From: Antedon mediterranea
Lineage: Eukaryota > Animalia > Echinodermata
Assembly: GCF_964355755.1 (NCBI RefSeq)
Contig: NC_092678.1
Span: 2,558,422 to 2,622,421 of the forward strand
Length of the DNA stretch: 64,000 nt
Reading direction: 5' to 3'
The first letter of the stretch is position 1. Every line of letters starts with the position of its first letter. A program made the position numbers and the translations under genes. Below are positions 1 to 13,500 of this stretch, piece after piece. The notes under the pieces were generated by a model, which was not told the DNA's origin, made no database searches, and saw only the letters and a list, made by a program, of their open reading frames with translations.

Positions 1-192
1 CCCACCATCCTCTGTTAGGTAGAAAAGTACCACATATACACTTACTGTCCAGTATTACGCCTCTGTGTATGATCATACAACTGTAAAAATGTTAATAATT
101 TTATACCAATTTGTACTGATAATATGGGGATGTATCTAAATTGAGAACATCATAAAAACTGAGTCCACATTAGTGTAACAGATACTCTTCTT

Positions 193-397
193 TAAAGCCT
201 GTTTTCCTGTCGACGTTATTCGACGCTATCGTCGTTGATCGTTAACAGTTCAACGACAATCGTTTGAAAACGATCAAGTTGAAATGATGACAATAGCGAG
301 TACCTTTTCCTGTAAATCGTTACCATTTCAATGTTTACGTAGAAGATCGCCGATTATTGTTAACGATAGCGTCGACGTTACAGGAAAACAGGCTTTA
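193..397. mobile_element. MITE / non-autonomous DNA transposon (~200 bp)
   Basis: Terminal inverted repeats AAGCCTGTTTTCCTGT...ACAGGAAAACAGGCTT, TA on both sides, internally quasi-palindromic, no ORF. Confidence 0.75.
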
Positions 398-604
398 CAA
401 TGAATTTCTTAGTTTGAATACAGTAGTTTTTTCATAGTGTTGTAACTTTTTTCTAACGAGTTCAATTTATACTTAGTCCTAACAACATGGACCATAAATG
501 ATCTCTTGTCCGTAACTATTACACTCTAACAAAGTTGTCCCTTGATTTTAAAGTCTACAGTCTGATCAGACTGTAGACTGACCTCAACCCATATAATAAC
601 CTAC

Positions 605-3600
605 CTGGTCTAAATAGCTTTTATGATGGTATGGTGTTGAACTACTCGTAGGCAATACTCCCGTTATTGACAAGTTTGCGATTGGTCCTAGGCTCATATC
701 TGCTCCGGCAAGTAAACTTTTAAATTCACTTTGTTTTCTCTGCAGTTCACGTAACTTGCGAACAGCTTTTGAGTAAGTTTCTTTCGGAATCTGCTTCCTG
801 TAAGATTAATTCATGCTAATTTATTCGGAAGTTATGGCAATTTTAGTATCTTAGGAATAACGTTTTCAAGAGTAGGAAATGTTGAAGCCCTAAAGCTCTG
901 TCTACAGTATCAATGTGATGTGCCCATATATGATGATGTCATATCACTACCATATTTGGGCTTATCACTACCGTGTTTAGGCACATCACACTCTTTTTGT
1001 CAAAGTAGTTTGATAGTGTAGACAAAGCTTAAGACTGTCTTACAATTGAGTACCTTAGTGTTTGATTCTCAAGCTCCAGTTGTTCTTGTTTTGCTTCCAG
1101 TATTTGAATCTTATCTTTCAACCGGTCTACAACTGTTTGATACTTCTTCTTTTTCTACAAAATTAGAAGCAAACAAAATTTAAAATGTCAATCTCTGTCA
1201 TGCATGTCAGATCAGAGCCTACTACGATCATGAAATAAACCTTTTATACCTTTTTATGAACTTTTTCTTGCATTTCCAAGTTTTTATTCATCTTTTTTAT
1301 TTGATCTTCTAGTTCATCTAGCCTCTTCTGCAGCTGTTGCTTTTCATCTAGACTTGCTAGTCTTTGTTGCTCCAGTCGTTGCTGGGCAACATCTTTAACT
1401 TGTTCTAAATCATTGCGAGTTAATCGTAGTTCATCGTTTAACATATCTATGGAGTTTTTAAATTTGTCATTTTCGGTGTTCAGTTCTTGTTCAATTGTTT
1501 GCAGGCTTAACAGTTCTGTTTGATTGGAATGTAGTTTTTCTCGCAATTCTGCATTTCGTTGTCTTTCTTGGTCCAGTTCTTGGCTTGTATTATTATGTTG
1601 ATCAAATTTTGCTCTGAATAATTAAAAATATAATAAATAATAATATAATTATCATTTATTACAAATATTATTACACAAAGTAATCTCATTTGAGATCGCA
1701 AACATAATAAGGATGGAAAAATAATAGAAAAAATTTAGAAATTATGCAAAATTTGAAAATGGTACATCTGAAAAGGAAAATCAATATTCGCTAATTGCAA
1801 CATTTCAAACTAAAAGATAAATCTTAATCATTTCTAATAGACAGAATAGTAACTAGTACTTACATGAGCTACTTGTGTGGCAAACATAATTGAAGCTTTT
1901 GCTTGTAGCAGACAATGACGTACTTAACACAACATAAGTACTTTTAAGTTTTATTATTATAAATAACTCGCTAATTTACTCAATTTGAAACCGTACTGTT
2001 GTGAAATGTGTGGTAAATGGACAGTTTAATGTTACCGGATCTTTTTACAACAGTTAATTGCATATAATAAAAATTCATGGAAATTAGTACATATATTAAC
2101 ATAATAATTGAAACCTTGAAGTTATTCATTAAGTACTGTTTAGTTGTTCACATGTATTGACAAATCCTTCACGTAATCATTGGAGATGGCAATGTTCTTC
2201 ATTAGAATATTTACTTTCTAATTATTGTTATTAACTCATTAAGTTAGTCATGGAAAGATTGTGCCATTATTATATCCTAAATGTGTAATTGAGGTAGATT
2301 TTGTTCAAGGTTTTGCATATATAAATTAACATAAAATTAAATGGAAAGAATACTGAAAGAATACTGAAAGAATACTGTAAGTTGAATAGAGTTACTATCC
2401 AATCAGAATTGAATATACCATAAAAGCCCTATTGGTTTAATGGATGGGTATCATTGGCATGAGGCAGAAGACTTTTGTGTCCAATAAATAAAATGTTTTT
2501 CTTTTTAAATAAAAATTATTTTATTAACAATCATAATTAAAGAATAAACAACACTGTTTTATATTTGATATATTTTTAAAAAGAATAAAATGGTTGTGTC
2601 CACTACAACCTCTTATCACACTATGTTTTTATGATTATGATTGCCTACCGTAGAACAAGGAGGTCTTTCTCCACTTGATCCCGCCTTCCTTCCGCCACTT
2701 TAATTTGTTCTTCCCACCGTTCTTTTTCGGCATGAATTTGTGTTTCTTGTTCGATTTGTAACTTTTCCCTTTCCTGTAACTTTGCTTCTAATTCCAATCT
2801 ACAAATTCATTAATGCCAGAGGTACACATTTGTTTATTAGTTATTGGGTAACACATTTCTGTTCGTTATCTATTCTATACTAATATTATCTTTATTTTTA
2901 CTTACAAGCCAATACCTCTTATTCACAAGGTACTATAGTAAATCATTTTCACATTACATTTGTAGTTGTCAACAAAGTTTCTTCTCATTCATTTTATTTA
3001 TTGATTTTTTGTACAACTATACCACAAACATATACTATTAATTGAAATAACATTAATCATTAAGGTTAACAGATTTCCTGTATTCTGTACAGATTAATCT
3101 ACAAAGTAATAAGTTAACATAACTAGCAGTATATTGTATGTGATTACAAATTTATTGCTACAAATGTTCCTCAAGATTGAATCCTTGTTTTGAAAGCACA
3201 GCAATTTATAAAATAAAACCTTCAAGCAATCATGTTCTGAAACTATTTCAAAAATAGAATTTTCTGATAAATTAGCTGAAAAAATACCGATAGTAGGATA
3301 ATTAATCTTAGAAATCTATCAACAGGGTTGTTTGATTTGATTAATATACAAAGGTGATTTGTAATTGAAGGAGTTGAAAACACGGTAGCACCAAGCAGTT
3401 AGCAACATTGTCACCTGCCTTAAGTTAGATTCACACAAGACAGTGCTCTTTGTTATATTATGAAAAAAAATTATATAAAGAATTGAATGGTGCTGTGTGA
3501 ATGTGGCTTTACTGCTATGAAATAAAAAAGATTTCTTTTATTCACATTTAATGTTATATACCGTTGAAATTGTAAACAGACAAGCGTCCAACGTAGAATA

Positions 3601-6600
3601 TGTATCTATCAAGTGTTAACGGTAAGCGGAAAACCGGTTCGCTTGTCCAATGTAGAATATGTATCTATCCTGACCGAAAACTGCCCATCCACTATGCATT
3701 GTATGTAAATGGTCATAGCATTTTTATTACCTTACCTAACCTAACCTAAAGAAAGTATTATAACTAAGAAATAGACTTACTTTTCAGTTTCTAATGTGTT
3801 GTTTTTTTGCCACTCTTCTTCCCGTGCAGCTTGAACTTTTCGAACCATTTCTCTCGCTTTGTCCGCCAAGCTGTTGCTCTGTGAATCTACCGACCGTTGT
3901 AATACCTCAATTTTTGTTATATAACCTAAAAGAAGTTTAAATTATCCATTAAAATCTTTTATTTAAATAAAATACAACTTGTATAAGCTAATGGTGGATG
4001 TGCTTAAATGTTGCAATATAGCACAGACTAATTTAAAGCTACTGTATTCATATCTGCATCTCCTAAACTTTAGTAAGTGGCAGTGTTTATTATGCTTGGC
4101 TATCTATTGCAGGGCTCAAATTTTCCCTCACAATTCCACTCAAAAGACTTTTTTATGTAAAGTACTGATCTGTCAGGTCATTGATTAAATTATTCCCTTA
4201 TGGCAATTGTTGACAATATAACCTGAAAAAATTCAATTACGCTTACCCTCAATTTGATTGGCTAATGCGTCTCTCTCGCGTTCTAGCTCACCCTTCACTT
4301 TTAACAGCTCCATTTTCATGTTTGTTATCTCTATCTTACTGTTGTGTGTGCTCTCATCCACCTGGCCAGACAACGACATATTCTCCTTCTCCAAGTCATG
4401 TACTTTGGAATTTAGAAGTCGTTGGGCATCTAATGATGACTGTAGTTCTTTTTGTAAATGATTGGCCTGACTTTTAAATGATTCAATTTCTGCCTATAAA
4501 AACAAATTGTATGATTCAATTATGTATTTGTTTAGATTTTTAAATTAAATTATTTGACATTTAAGTTCTTATAACAATGATTTTTAATAGCCATCAACTA
4601 TTTAATAAATAGCTCTACAAAAACAGAAAACCAATTGATATGTAGTCATTCAAATGGGAATAGCAGAAACATGGGTCTTATCCAGAAGTATTACACAAAG
4701 TGGAGTTGTGGCTTGGTGGTTATGATGCTTGGCTACCACACTCCAAGGGTCCTGGGTTCAAGTCCCGTCACATGTCAGGATTTTTTCTAAGGACCAAATT
4801 ACTTCACTCCCAAAGACTTTTAATAAGACTTTGTTTATGTAGAGCATCTTGTGTATATGTTTGTCGTGTGAACCTCTGAGGGTCCCTAATGATCAGCAAT
4901 ACCTGGATGGATCACCCTCATTAAATATGGTGTTCAAAAAAAAAAAAATAAAAAAAAAAATAAAAAAAAAAGTTGTTATGACATGGCCTGATATTATGAA
5001 CGTTCTTTACACTCGCTTGTCTCATATTTAATACTGTGTGTTTTATGGGATATAATGTAGTAATACTATCGTACTTACTTCTAGCCCTTTTATATTAGCG
5101 ACATGTTCGGACATTTGCCGCGCTTGCAGTCTTGTAACGTGATCCGACTGTAAACCGACTTGTTCACGTTGAGCTCGTAATTCTTCAAGCTCTGTCAAGA
5201 GACCTTTGACCTTTAGATTTAGCTGTGCATTCTCTCTATGAAGATTGCAAACACGCTGCGTGTCATGGCTCCCTTCGGTTGTGTACTTGGCTACTATTGC
5301 TTCTCGGTCCTTTCGCAAATTTTCAATCTTAAAAGAAACAAATTCGAGCTTCTATAAAATTTATTTGTTAGTTAGTACTTAAATAATAAATGCCGCATTT
5401 TTAAATATAGATTTAAATTAAAAGAACATGAAAAAGGCTCAAAGAACCCAATAACTAAGTAATTTAAAGTAATAAGCCCTAACCAATATTAGGGGGTGAA
5501 ATTATATCGGAGTTTGACAAAAAAAAGTGTAATGTGCCTATTAGGATAGTGATATGCCCAAATATGGTAGTGATATGACATCACACTTTTTTTGTTGAAT
5601 AAATTGTTAGTATAGATAGAACTTAAGACTTCCCTTTTCTTACAGTTGTTTACCTCTGTTTACTCAATATTTAGAGGGCTAGAATTAAATACTAGAAAAT
5701 GTTTTCTCTATAGAATAATTTTACCTCTGTTTCATATTGTAGTGTAGTTTCCTCCAATATTCTTTTGCTCTCCACTTGTGCATGTTCAAACTCAGATTTT
5801 AAAAACGAGTGTTCGTATCGTAGTTTATTATAGTCGCTACGATAATGATCCATTTCTTCATTCAGTTGACCGACACGTTCTCGGAATGGTTGTTCCAACT
5901 CAGCGGCCACTTGTGATTTGATTACTTCTATTTTATCAGGTGTGATGATCTTAAGAAAGAAAAAAATAGTATTTAGCACACATGTGACAGGCCTTGTCAT
6001 TTTAAAATTGTAGGTGGGCTACAAATTGCACTCCTCAATACATTCAGGGATGCTGTAGGTGTGCCATATTTTGGTGTGTAGAAGTTTACCAGATTTAAGT
6101 GTGTTGTAAATCAAACTCCTCAAGGGCAGTTTAGAGTGTTTTAGGTGATCAAAAGAAAAGGCTGATATTAGAGCAAACATACATTACATTTAAATTACCC
6201 CGTATATTTCGGTGTATAAGTCGCACTTTTGACACGCAAATTTGACCTCTAAATTAAGGGTGCGTCTTATACACCGAACATAAATGCCTCACCACACAGA
6301 TTGTACATATAGGCCTACTAGGCAGGCTAGGCTATCGTCACCTCGTTTGCTACTGCTAGGCCTAGCTACAGTAACTAACTAACGTAACGGCAACCTGCTT
6401 CTGCCTAGTTTTCAAGGCATTTTAGCATGATGTTATACTAAATATGATGAAAAGATTTGTTCATTATGGCGCTCCGATAAAATTTCATACAGTATTTATA
6501 GGCACGATCGCCGTACCCCCAGCGCAAGCCCTTTCTTGGCGGCCACATGGTGTATTTATAGTTATACGCACGACCGCCTTACCCCTAGCCTAGCGCAAGC

Positions 6601-7681
6601 CCTTCTTGGCGGCCACATGGTGTACGGTATTCGACTAGTATATTCTCCAGTTGATTATAGCATGGACCTAGCGTATACACTTCTTGGATACATAGATACT
6701 ATTATCGAATACGATTGTCCGTGAAAACGTGCGCCCTCTCGAAATGATCGAGCGAGGCTAGCCCACACACGTACGTGTTACACACACGGTCATGCACTCG
6801 ATGTTGCGGCGAAACTCATGAATAACAAGTTAGAAAGAACTTGTTGAGGCTGGGCGCGGCCGAGCCTAGGTATGAAAAAACCTAAATAAAGGACTGCGTT
6901 GTAGATATAACAAAATATATTATTACAATAATATTGATTACAATTTAAAAAAACATTGTTTTGATGAAAAATAAGGTGCGTCTTATACATCGACGATATA
7001 AAAAATGCCGATATTTTACTCTCAGTTAGGGGGTGCATCTTATACACAGGTGCGACTTATACACCGAAATATACGGTAGTTTGACACCCAAAATAATTTT
7101 ACCAAGTTGGTGGAAATTTGTTGCAAAACTTTGACATTTGTTTAACTGTATATTTATATCATTCTGTGTAAAGTGACCTCATTAATATAATAGGATCAAA
7201 TTAGTACTAACACAGAATTTTTGATAAATATACTGTAGTATTTAAACCATGCCCCTGAGACAAACCTTTCTTTTTAGTTCTTCAACCTGTTGAATCTTTT
7301 CTGATAATTCTTGTGATGTTTTGGAGATTAGTAACTGTAATCTCTGTTCCATAGAGGCTTTTTCTTCTTTTAACTCCTCAATATTCATTGTTAAACGCCT
7401 ATTTTCATCTTGTACCCTGAAACAAAAAACATGATATAACTTTAAATTTAATAATTTAAAATATGTGCATTAATTCGTTCTAATTGTATATTATAGTTTT
7501 ACCTTGTATGTTCAGCTTTTAATGTTTGATAGTTTGTTTTGTGTTGTTCAGATCTTATCTTTTCGTCTGTCAGCATCTTTTGCAGTTCACTTTCCTGGGT
7601 TAGCTTTGGAAGAGACTGCCCTAATGAAGAAGGGTTCGTCATTGCTAGGCCGGCGGTACCTCCAATGAAGCTTGACGTCAT
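605..7681 (-). CDS. CEP83: Centrosomal protein of 83 kDa (CEP83/CCDC41), spliced, 3'-partial
   Basis: Exons (minus) 7681-7503, 7416-7266, 5949-5725, 5327-5079, 4493-4247, 3925-3781, 2798-2649, 1613-1250, 1154-1054, 797-605, all GT-AG. Coiled-coil protein with CEP83-like segments [50 protein letters not shown] and [15 protein letters not shown]. The last exon seen ends in a donor, so the stop lies beyond position 1. Confidence 0.9.
892..1030. mobile_element. MITE family A copy (TIR AAAGCTCTGTCTACACTATCAAAC)
   Basis: TIR-like ends and core GTGATGTGCCCATATATG...ATCACTACCATATTTGGGC. Other full or partial copies at about 5511-5626, 15043-15199, 15807-15939, 39503-39610, 49410-49523, 50225-50357, 51880-51989, 55140-55259 and 59327-59398. 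Confidence 0.8.
4702..4971 (+). mobile_element. tRNA-derived SINE
   Basis: Pol III box A (TGGCTTGGTGG) and box B (GGTTCAAGTCC) in a tRNA-like head, poly(A) tail 4936-4971, short AAAGT repeated at both flanks. Confidence 0.7.
6200..7076. mobile_element. Non-autonomous Tc1/mariner-superfamily (pogo/Tc2-like) DNA transposon
   Basis: TIRs CCGTATATTTCGGTGTATAAGTCGCAC / GTGCGACTTATACACCGAAATATACGG, TA at the right flank, subterminal GGTGCGTCTTATACA repeats. Confidence 0.8.
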
Positions 7682-7931
7682 TATATTTAATATGTGCCTG
7701 CTGCATGCAAAAAATGTATATAAAAATGCAACATGTTTACATCATTTTTAACTAAAAACGATCATTTTCAGTGATGTTTTAGGCCTTATATTTTGGAATC
7801 TACAAGTCAGATTTTCATAATTATTTCTTTAATTGTAATATTTAATAATATATACTAACAACCTTGATATTTAAACTTTTGAATATAGATAGGCTACATC
7901 GTTATTCCTAATAATATAAATAACTTCTATT

Positions 7932-8310
7932 AAATCAAATCAAAAAATCAAATCAGTATTCGTTCCATATACATAGAAAATGTACATGGAAAATTGTTTT
8001 CCTCGACAGAAAAATATGGTAAAACATTCACAATTACATCATATATAGAACAAATTTATAATTTAAAAACATTAATTAAAACATCCATCAACTGTAAAAC
8101 TTTAAAATATATATTGCATATGTGCTATTATGATCTAACAATCTTTGAGTTAAAAATATGAGTTGAATTTGGTACAAAAGACAGTCGGTTTCTTGACGTA
8201 TCAGCTCTAGGAGCCCGTAGCCGGCCTGACTTGTTCTTATAAAATCTCATATCATATGTAATGGATGTTTCTTATCTTCTAAAATTTTACTTAATTTACT
8301 TAAAATTTAA
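7932..8310 (-). mobile_element. 5'-truncated LINE 3' end (Rex/L2/CR1-like)
   Basis: Minus strand encodes ...HPLH...KSGRLRAPRADTSRNRLSFVPNSTHIFN* (typical LINE ORF2 C-terminus) and ends in a (TTTGA)n-like tail. It interrupts a segment that is uninterrupted in the copy at 8960-9265. Confidence 0.6.
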
Positions 8311-10009
8311 AGAAACGAGCACCAGCAAAAGTTAGCATTTCATAGAAAATAACGTTTTTCTGGCGGAGCCTCAACTTGACCTAATCCGGGCTAGATACTA
8401 AGCCTAGCAGGTTGCTGAATTGATGGACCATAAATAAAAACAAAAATGGATGCTGCCATCATCAATCAATATTGACAATATATTAATTTAATTATAATAT
8501 AATAGTAGCCAGCTAGGACTAGGTTACTAGGTTGTATAATGTATGTTCTTTGTAGGGGATATGACCGGTTGGGCCGCCGACAAGTTGAGCCGCCGGTAAT
8601 TTCTATGAAACGCCCGCAATTTTGTCGGTTTGAACCGCCATAACAACACAGCAAAGGAAAGTAGTCATATTTAATAATTTAATTGTTTTTAATCTTTCAA
8701 GGTAAAAATGCAGTGCACTCCATAATATTTTTCTCGCGTAAAATCACGTTGTCTCTCAGGACTAATAGAGTATTGATACTCTTCGAATGAGGTTAAATAA
8801 TTATTGTTTTTTATCTACTATCTTTTAATAATAATATCATATTTTATTGAATTTTACAATGTTAATACACAAAATATTTTACAAAAAAACGGTGATTTTA
8901 TGCAATTATTTTACCGAAAAATGGAGTAGGCCTAGTTCATACAACTGCCGCCTAAGGGGGCAACATGTTTATGTCATTTTTGGCTAAAAACGATCATTTT
9001 CGGTCATGTTTTAGGCCTTATATTTTGGAATCTACAAGTCAGATATTCATAATTATTTCTCTTTAATTATAATATTTAATAATATATACTAAAAACCGTG
9101 ATATATAAACTTTGGAATATACATCGTTATATCTAATAATTAATATAAATAGAACTTCTATTAAATAGAAACGAGCACCGGCGAAAGTAAGCATTTGGCG
9201 TTTCATAGAAAATAACGTTTTTCTGGCGGCGGCTCAACTTGTCGGCGGCTCAACTTGGCCTAATCCCTTTGTAGATAGGCCTAACCAACCCACTCAAACA
9301 GCCTGAATTTAGCCGGGTACTGTATTCCCTAGCTAGGCCGACGGTATAGTAAGCCTAGCGCCGCCGCGGGAAGGCCTGCCCTTCTTCTTGTGAGTGTCTA
9401 GGCCTAGTCACTAGGGACTAGCCTAGAGGCCTACTAGGGCCTAGGCCTAGGCCTATAGCTAGTGGTGGTGGTAGGCTAGCAGTAGGCCTAGAGGCCTAGC
9501 CTACCAAGAAACCTAGCTACGTTATTATATTTAATCAAGGAAAACATATTTAGTAAGTTGAATGTCTAAATAAGCTTAGGATCTCCTAAGCTTAAATTAA
9601 CCGATCATTTCAACACTATTTTAATTGCTATCCTGTTTTTTTACCTTTTCCCAACCGCTAAAACGCCGAAAAACTTTTGGATCAAAACAAACATTTGTTA
9701 TAAAACTGTAGAGGGCGTTGTATTTGTTTATGGTGGGTACCGGTATTGGAGGCCAGTGGTGCCTTTACAAATGCTAGTTAGTTATAACATGGAGGTATAA
9801 GACCATCGTCTCTCTCTCTCTCTCTGATCGTCATTACACTGGAACTCCTCTCAAAGAATATTATGTAATTTGAATGTATAAACTGTTGTGCATGAAACCA
9901 CACGTGGGGGTAGTTTATAAGAGCTTTATCACATGCTTTATCACTCTTGTATAAAAAAAAGAAGAGTCTCTGAACATTTTTTTGTGGAAGAATTCAATTG
10001 TAAATGTAA

Positions 10010-10400
10010 GTGACCTCGTGTTAAATGCGCCCTAGATTTAGGATGGAAGATATTGAAAAACCGCTGAAATTCAATATTTTCAATCTGGTGAATGAGTTTA
10101 AAGACCTCTATCATATCGCCTGGGTTCTTCTGTCTTTAAGTGAGGGCAAATCAAGACCAGTTAGTCTTTCCTTTGCTGTAAAAAGTAAGTCTGGTACAAG
10201 TTTGGTGGGTGGCACAATTTTGAGGGTACCAAACTTAAACAGCATATTCCAAAGGCCTCACAAGAGTTTTGTAAAGCGGAATAAACATTTGTTTGACTTT
10301 CTGATTCTACCATAGAATTTGCCTTAGCACACACCTTGTAGATATGGAGTGATGCTTTAAGATCAGAAGTGACAATAATTCCAAGATAATATTGATCACC
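10010..10400 (-). mobile_element. Degenerate CR1-like LINE ORF2 3' fragment
   Basis: Minus-strand peptides LGIIVTSDLK, DMIEVFKLI and TRGH resemble the CR1 ORF2 C-terminus; frameshifted. Confidence 0.55.
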
Positions 10401-10553
10401 TTTTATATATTTAGTTTAATTTTGAGTGCAAGGTGGGAAGGGTGCCAAACAACTAGCAAGCTTCATCGTTATATATCCACCCCTGATTTCAATCTATTAA
10501 TATGGAGATGCATACGGTAATGTCTAAAATATAGATTTATTTTTTTTCTTCAG

Positions 10554-13500
10554 GAAATGTCACTGGTACATCTGTATCTATTTTAGAAACTGTGACATTA
10601 GTTACACAAAATGTATTCGACTTCAATTTACAGTGGTGCCACATTCAATGTGTACAACAAATCACAAACCAGACGTCTGCACTTTGTTTTTCGGCTGGCA
10701 ACGAAGTGATAAACAACAACTGTGACTTGTCACCACTGGCAACGGCATATAATACTTCAGATTCAACATTGTATTGTTATGATAATCGTTGCCCAGGTCA
10801 GTTTAAATGCCCTTGTCAGTTTAAAATTTCAGGTCAGTTTGAAATACACATATCAGTTTAAAATACCCAGACCCGTTTAAAATACCCAGACCCGTAGTAC
10901 CCAGGTCAGTTTAAAATTCACATATCAGTTTAAAATTCCCAGGTCAGTTTAAATGGCCTTGTACCCCAGGGTGGGTATATAAAAGTTACTTTGAATTTAA
11001 TCTATTGTTCATTCATTTACAGTGTACTATGATCTAGGTCCTTGGTTTATGTTTTTGCCTTGGAGAATAAAGGATACATTTTCACTGGAATCAACAACCT
11101 CAAATGAAACGTTTTTAGTTGGCAATGAAACTAACCGTCACAATGCGGACCTTCGCTGTGCTTTGGAGGCTGACGGAACATATGACTTCTTTGTCATTGA
11201 TGGAAATTATTTACATTGCCTGGGAAACAACAACCTTCCAGACTATATTCGTCCAAGAGATAATGAGTTTAACAAGAAGTTTGAACTCTATACCTTCAAG
11301 CAATGTAAATTCAATCATTTTTAAAATAATATAGATAGGAATTTGTCAATGTTGCATAAAATAGCGTGAAGTATAATTATGTTCATGGTAGTTTACAGTA
11401 TGCTACCCCCAGGGGCCCGAAGCTTATGGGGGCGCTCCTGAACAGTGCCCAGAGGGGAAAAAGGGAAAAAATTATGTCGAAAAAGGTTAAAAACAACCGA
11501 GGCCACCAGCGTTGGAGGGCCACTTGAGGTTCCTAAACCAGGGCTTCAGGTCTATAAATTACACCACTGCCCTGATCAGACTTTTCTCAGACTTCTCTTG
11601 TAGGATTAGGAATAAAAAGCAACAATTTTAAGTCTTGATAAATTTGTTGCATTTTTGGCACAAAAGTTTAAAGTGCATGTGGCAGTGGAAATGGCAGCTT
11701 GGAAAGGGCACTGTGAACAATTATTGCCCTTTTTTCGTCAGGCACTAATGGTTTTTCCAGAATCCCCCTTTAATTGATACTAATTATTAATGTATCAATT
11801 ATTACAGCATTCCTGGATGATTGGACGTCATGGTTATCGTGGAGTTCATGTGATGCAGCGTGCGGAACAGGAAGTCAAGAACGATGGCGTTATTGTTTTC
11901 CGGATGTGAATGGTGTTCAGAATTGCACAGAGACAAACAGTTTTGATAATAGAACCTGCAACACTGAAGAATGTCCGTGGAAAAGTGAGTAGTTTGTTTT
12001 GATATTCACAGAGAGACTTTATAGTTAAAATGATGCTAGAGCAAGTCGGCACAAAATAACTAGCTTAGCATGAAATAAAGTACTAATCATTGTTGAGTGG
12101 CTGAGAGGTTAAGGCAGGGGTGCCGTAAATCCTAGAAGCCATACAATCAGCACAGGTTCAAGCCTCTCGACCATCGATATTTCTGGTGGTAGAACAAGAC
12201 TTCTCAGATAAGGACTTGTTTGCACTTTAAAGAACACAGTGTATCTTTCGGAAGAGTAGAAGTTACCCAGGACTGGTCCTTTAGCCCTTGTTGTTTATCT
12301 GGGTAGGACTGCTGTGAGTCCGTAGAGGGCCTTGTCCAATTTTCCTGATAAGCTTCAGGACGCATATAATTACATTTAAGTTTAAAATTTAATTTAAGAT
12401 TAAAATTATTAGTTTACTAATTGCAAAATATTTTAGATTTTAAATTTTTATTTACAGATGGAACAACTTACAAACATTTAGGCTGCCGAAGTAGATATAA
12501 TTATGAGTACTTATTTACGGAAGAAATGGAAAGTAAACATAAACTGTTAGATTCACCAGCAGAAGAGCGTCTGTTTCCAATAGAAAAATGTGCAATTGTT
12601 ACTTTAAATTTTAGTAGAACAATCTTTGCACTTTCATCCTATGCATGTCTTAATTCGGTGAATGAGACGTACACGTATGACACGTACCTAAATGCAACCA
12701 GTACGTATGATTGCCAATGGAATTCGGAGAACGCTTTTGATATTTATACCTTGAACAACGGTAAGGTTTTATATCAAGAAGAGGGAGATGAAGATTCTAA
12801 CTTCCTCACTGAATTTACAAGATATGAACAGATTTAATGACTGGCTCAGAATAGACCACATAATTAAAATATTGATAAAGAAGAACCAACTATATGTGTG
12901 GATGTGATTGATAAAATACAAAGCCAACCAACCCTATATTAATTATTGGTATAGACCAAACCCAACGTTACCTTAAGGGTTTTTGCTCTTATTTAGTTGG
13001 CTATCTTCTTTCTAGCAGCCTGACAGAACTCACACCAGTTATTAAATGTCTTTAATGTTATGGCTTCCACATCCCTCTACCTTTATTTTTCTTTCCAGTT
13101 GTGTCATCTGAGCTTGAAACATCCATTTGCATAGTGGTCAAGTTTTAGGCTGTGTTTTTTTTTCAGATATTGTTGATGGTCAGTGGGGGCCATGGAGCTC
13201 TGGAGGATGTAATCAGGATTGTGGTGGAGGTAATTCCACCGAAGCAAGATTTTGTGACAACCCACCAGTCTTTGATGGAGTTAACTGTACAGGAATTTCT
13301 GAAGTAGTGGTCAGTTGTAATGAGCATCTTTGTCCAACAACAACTGAAATGACAACAGAAGGTAATGTAATATTGCGGTACTTCTGCTGCTAGACACTAG
13401 TATAAGGAGGACACTTCTCTTTAAAAATTGTGTGGGGTGGAGGGCTTAGGAGTGTTTATTTAAACCCTTGAACCCTCTGGCTAGATATGTCTAACCAAAC

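Noticed and set aside
4702-4775. tRNA genes here and at 12092 and 54636
   Set aside because: No complete cloverleaf; each continues into a SINE body or poly(A) tail.
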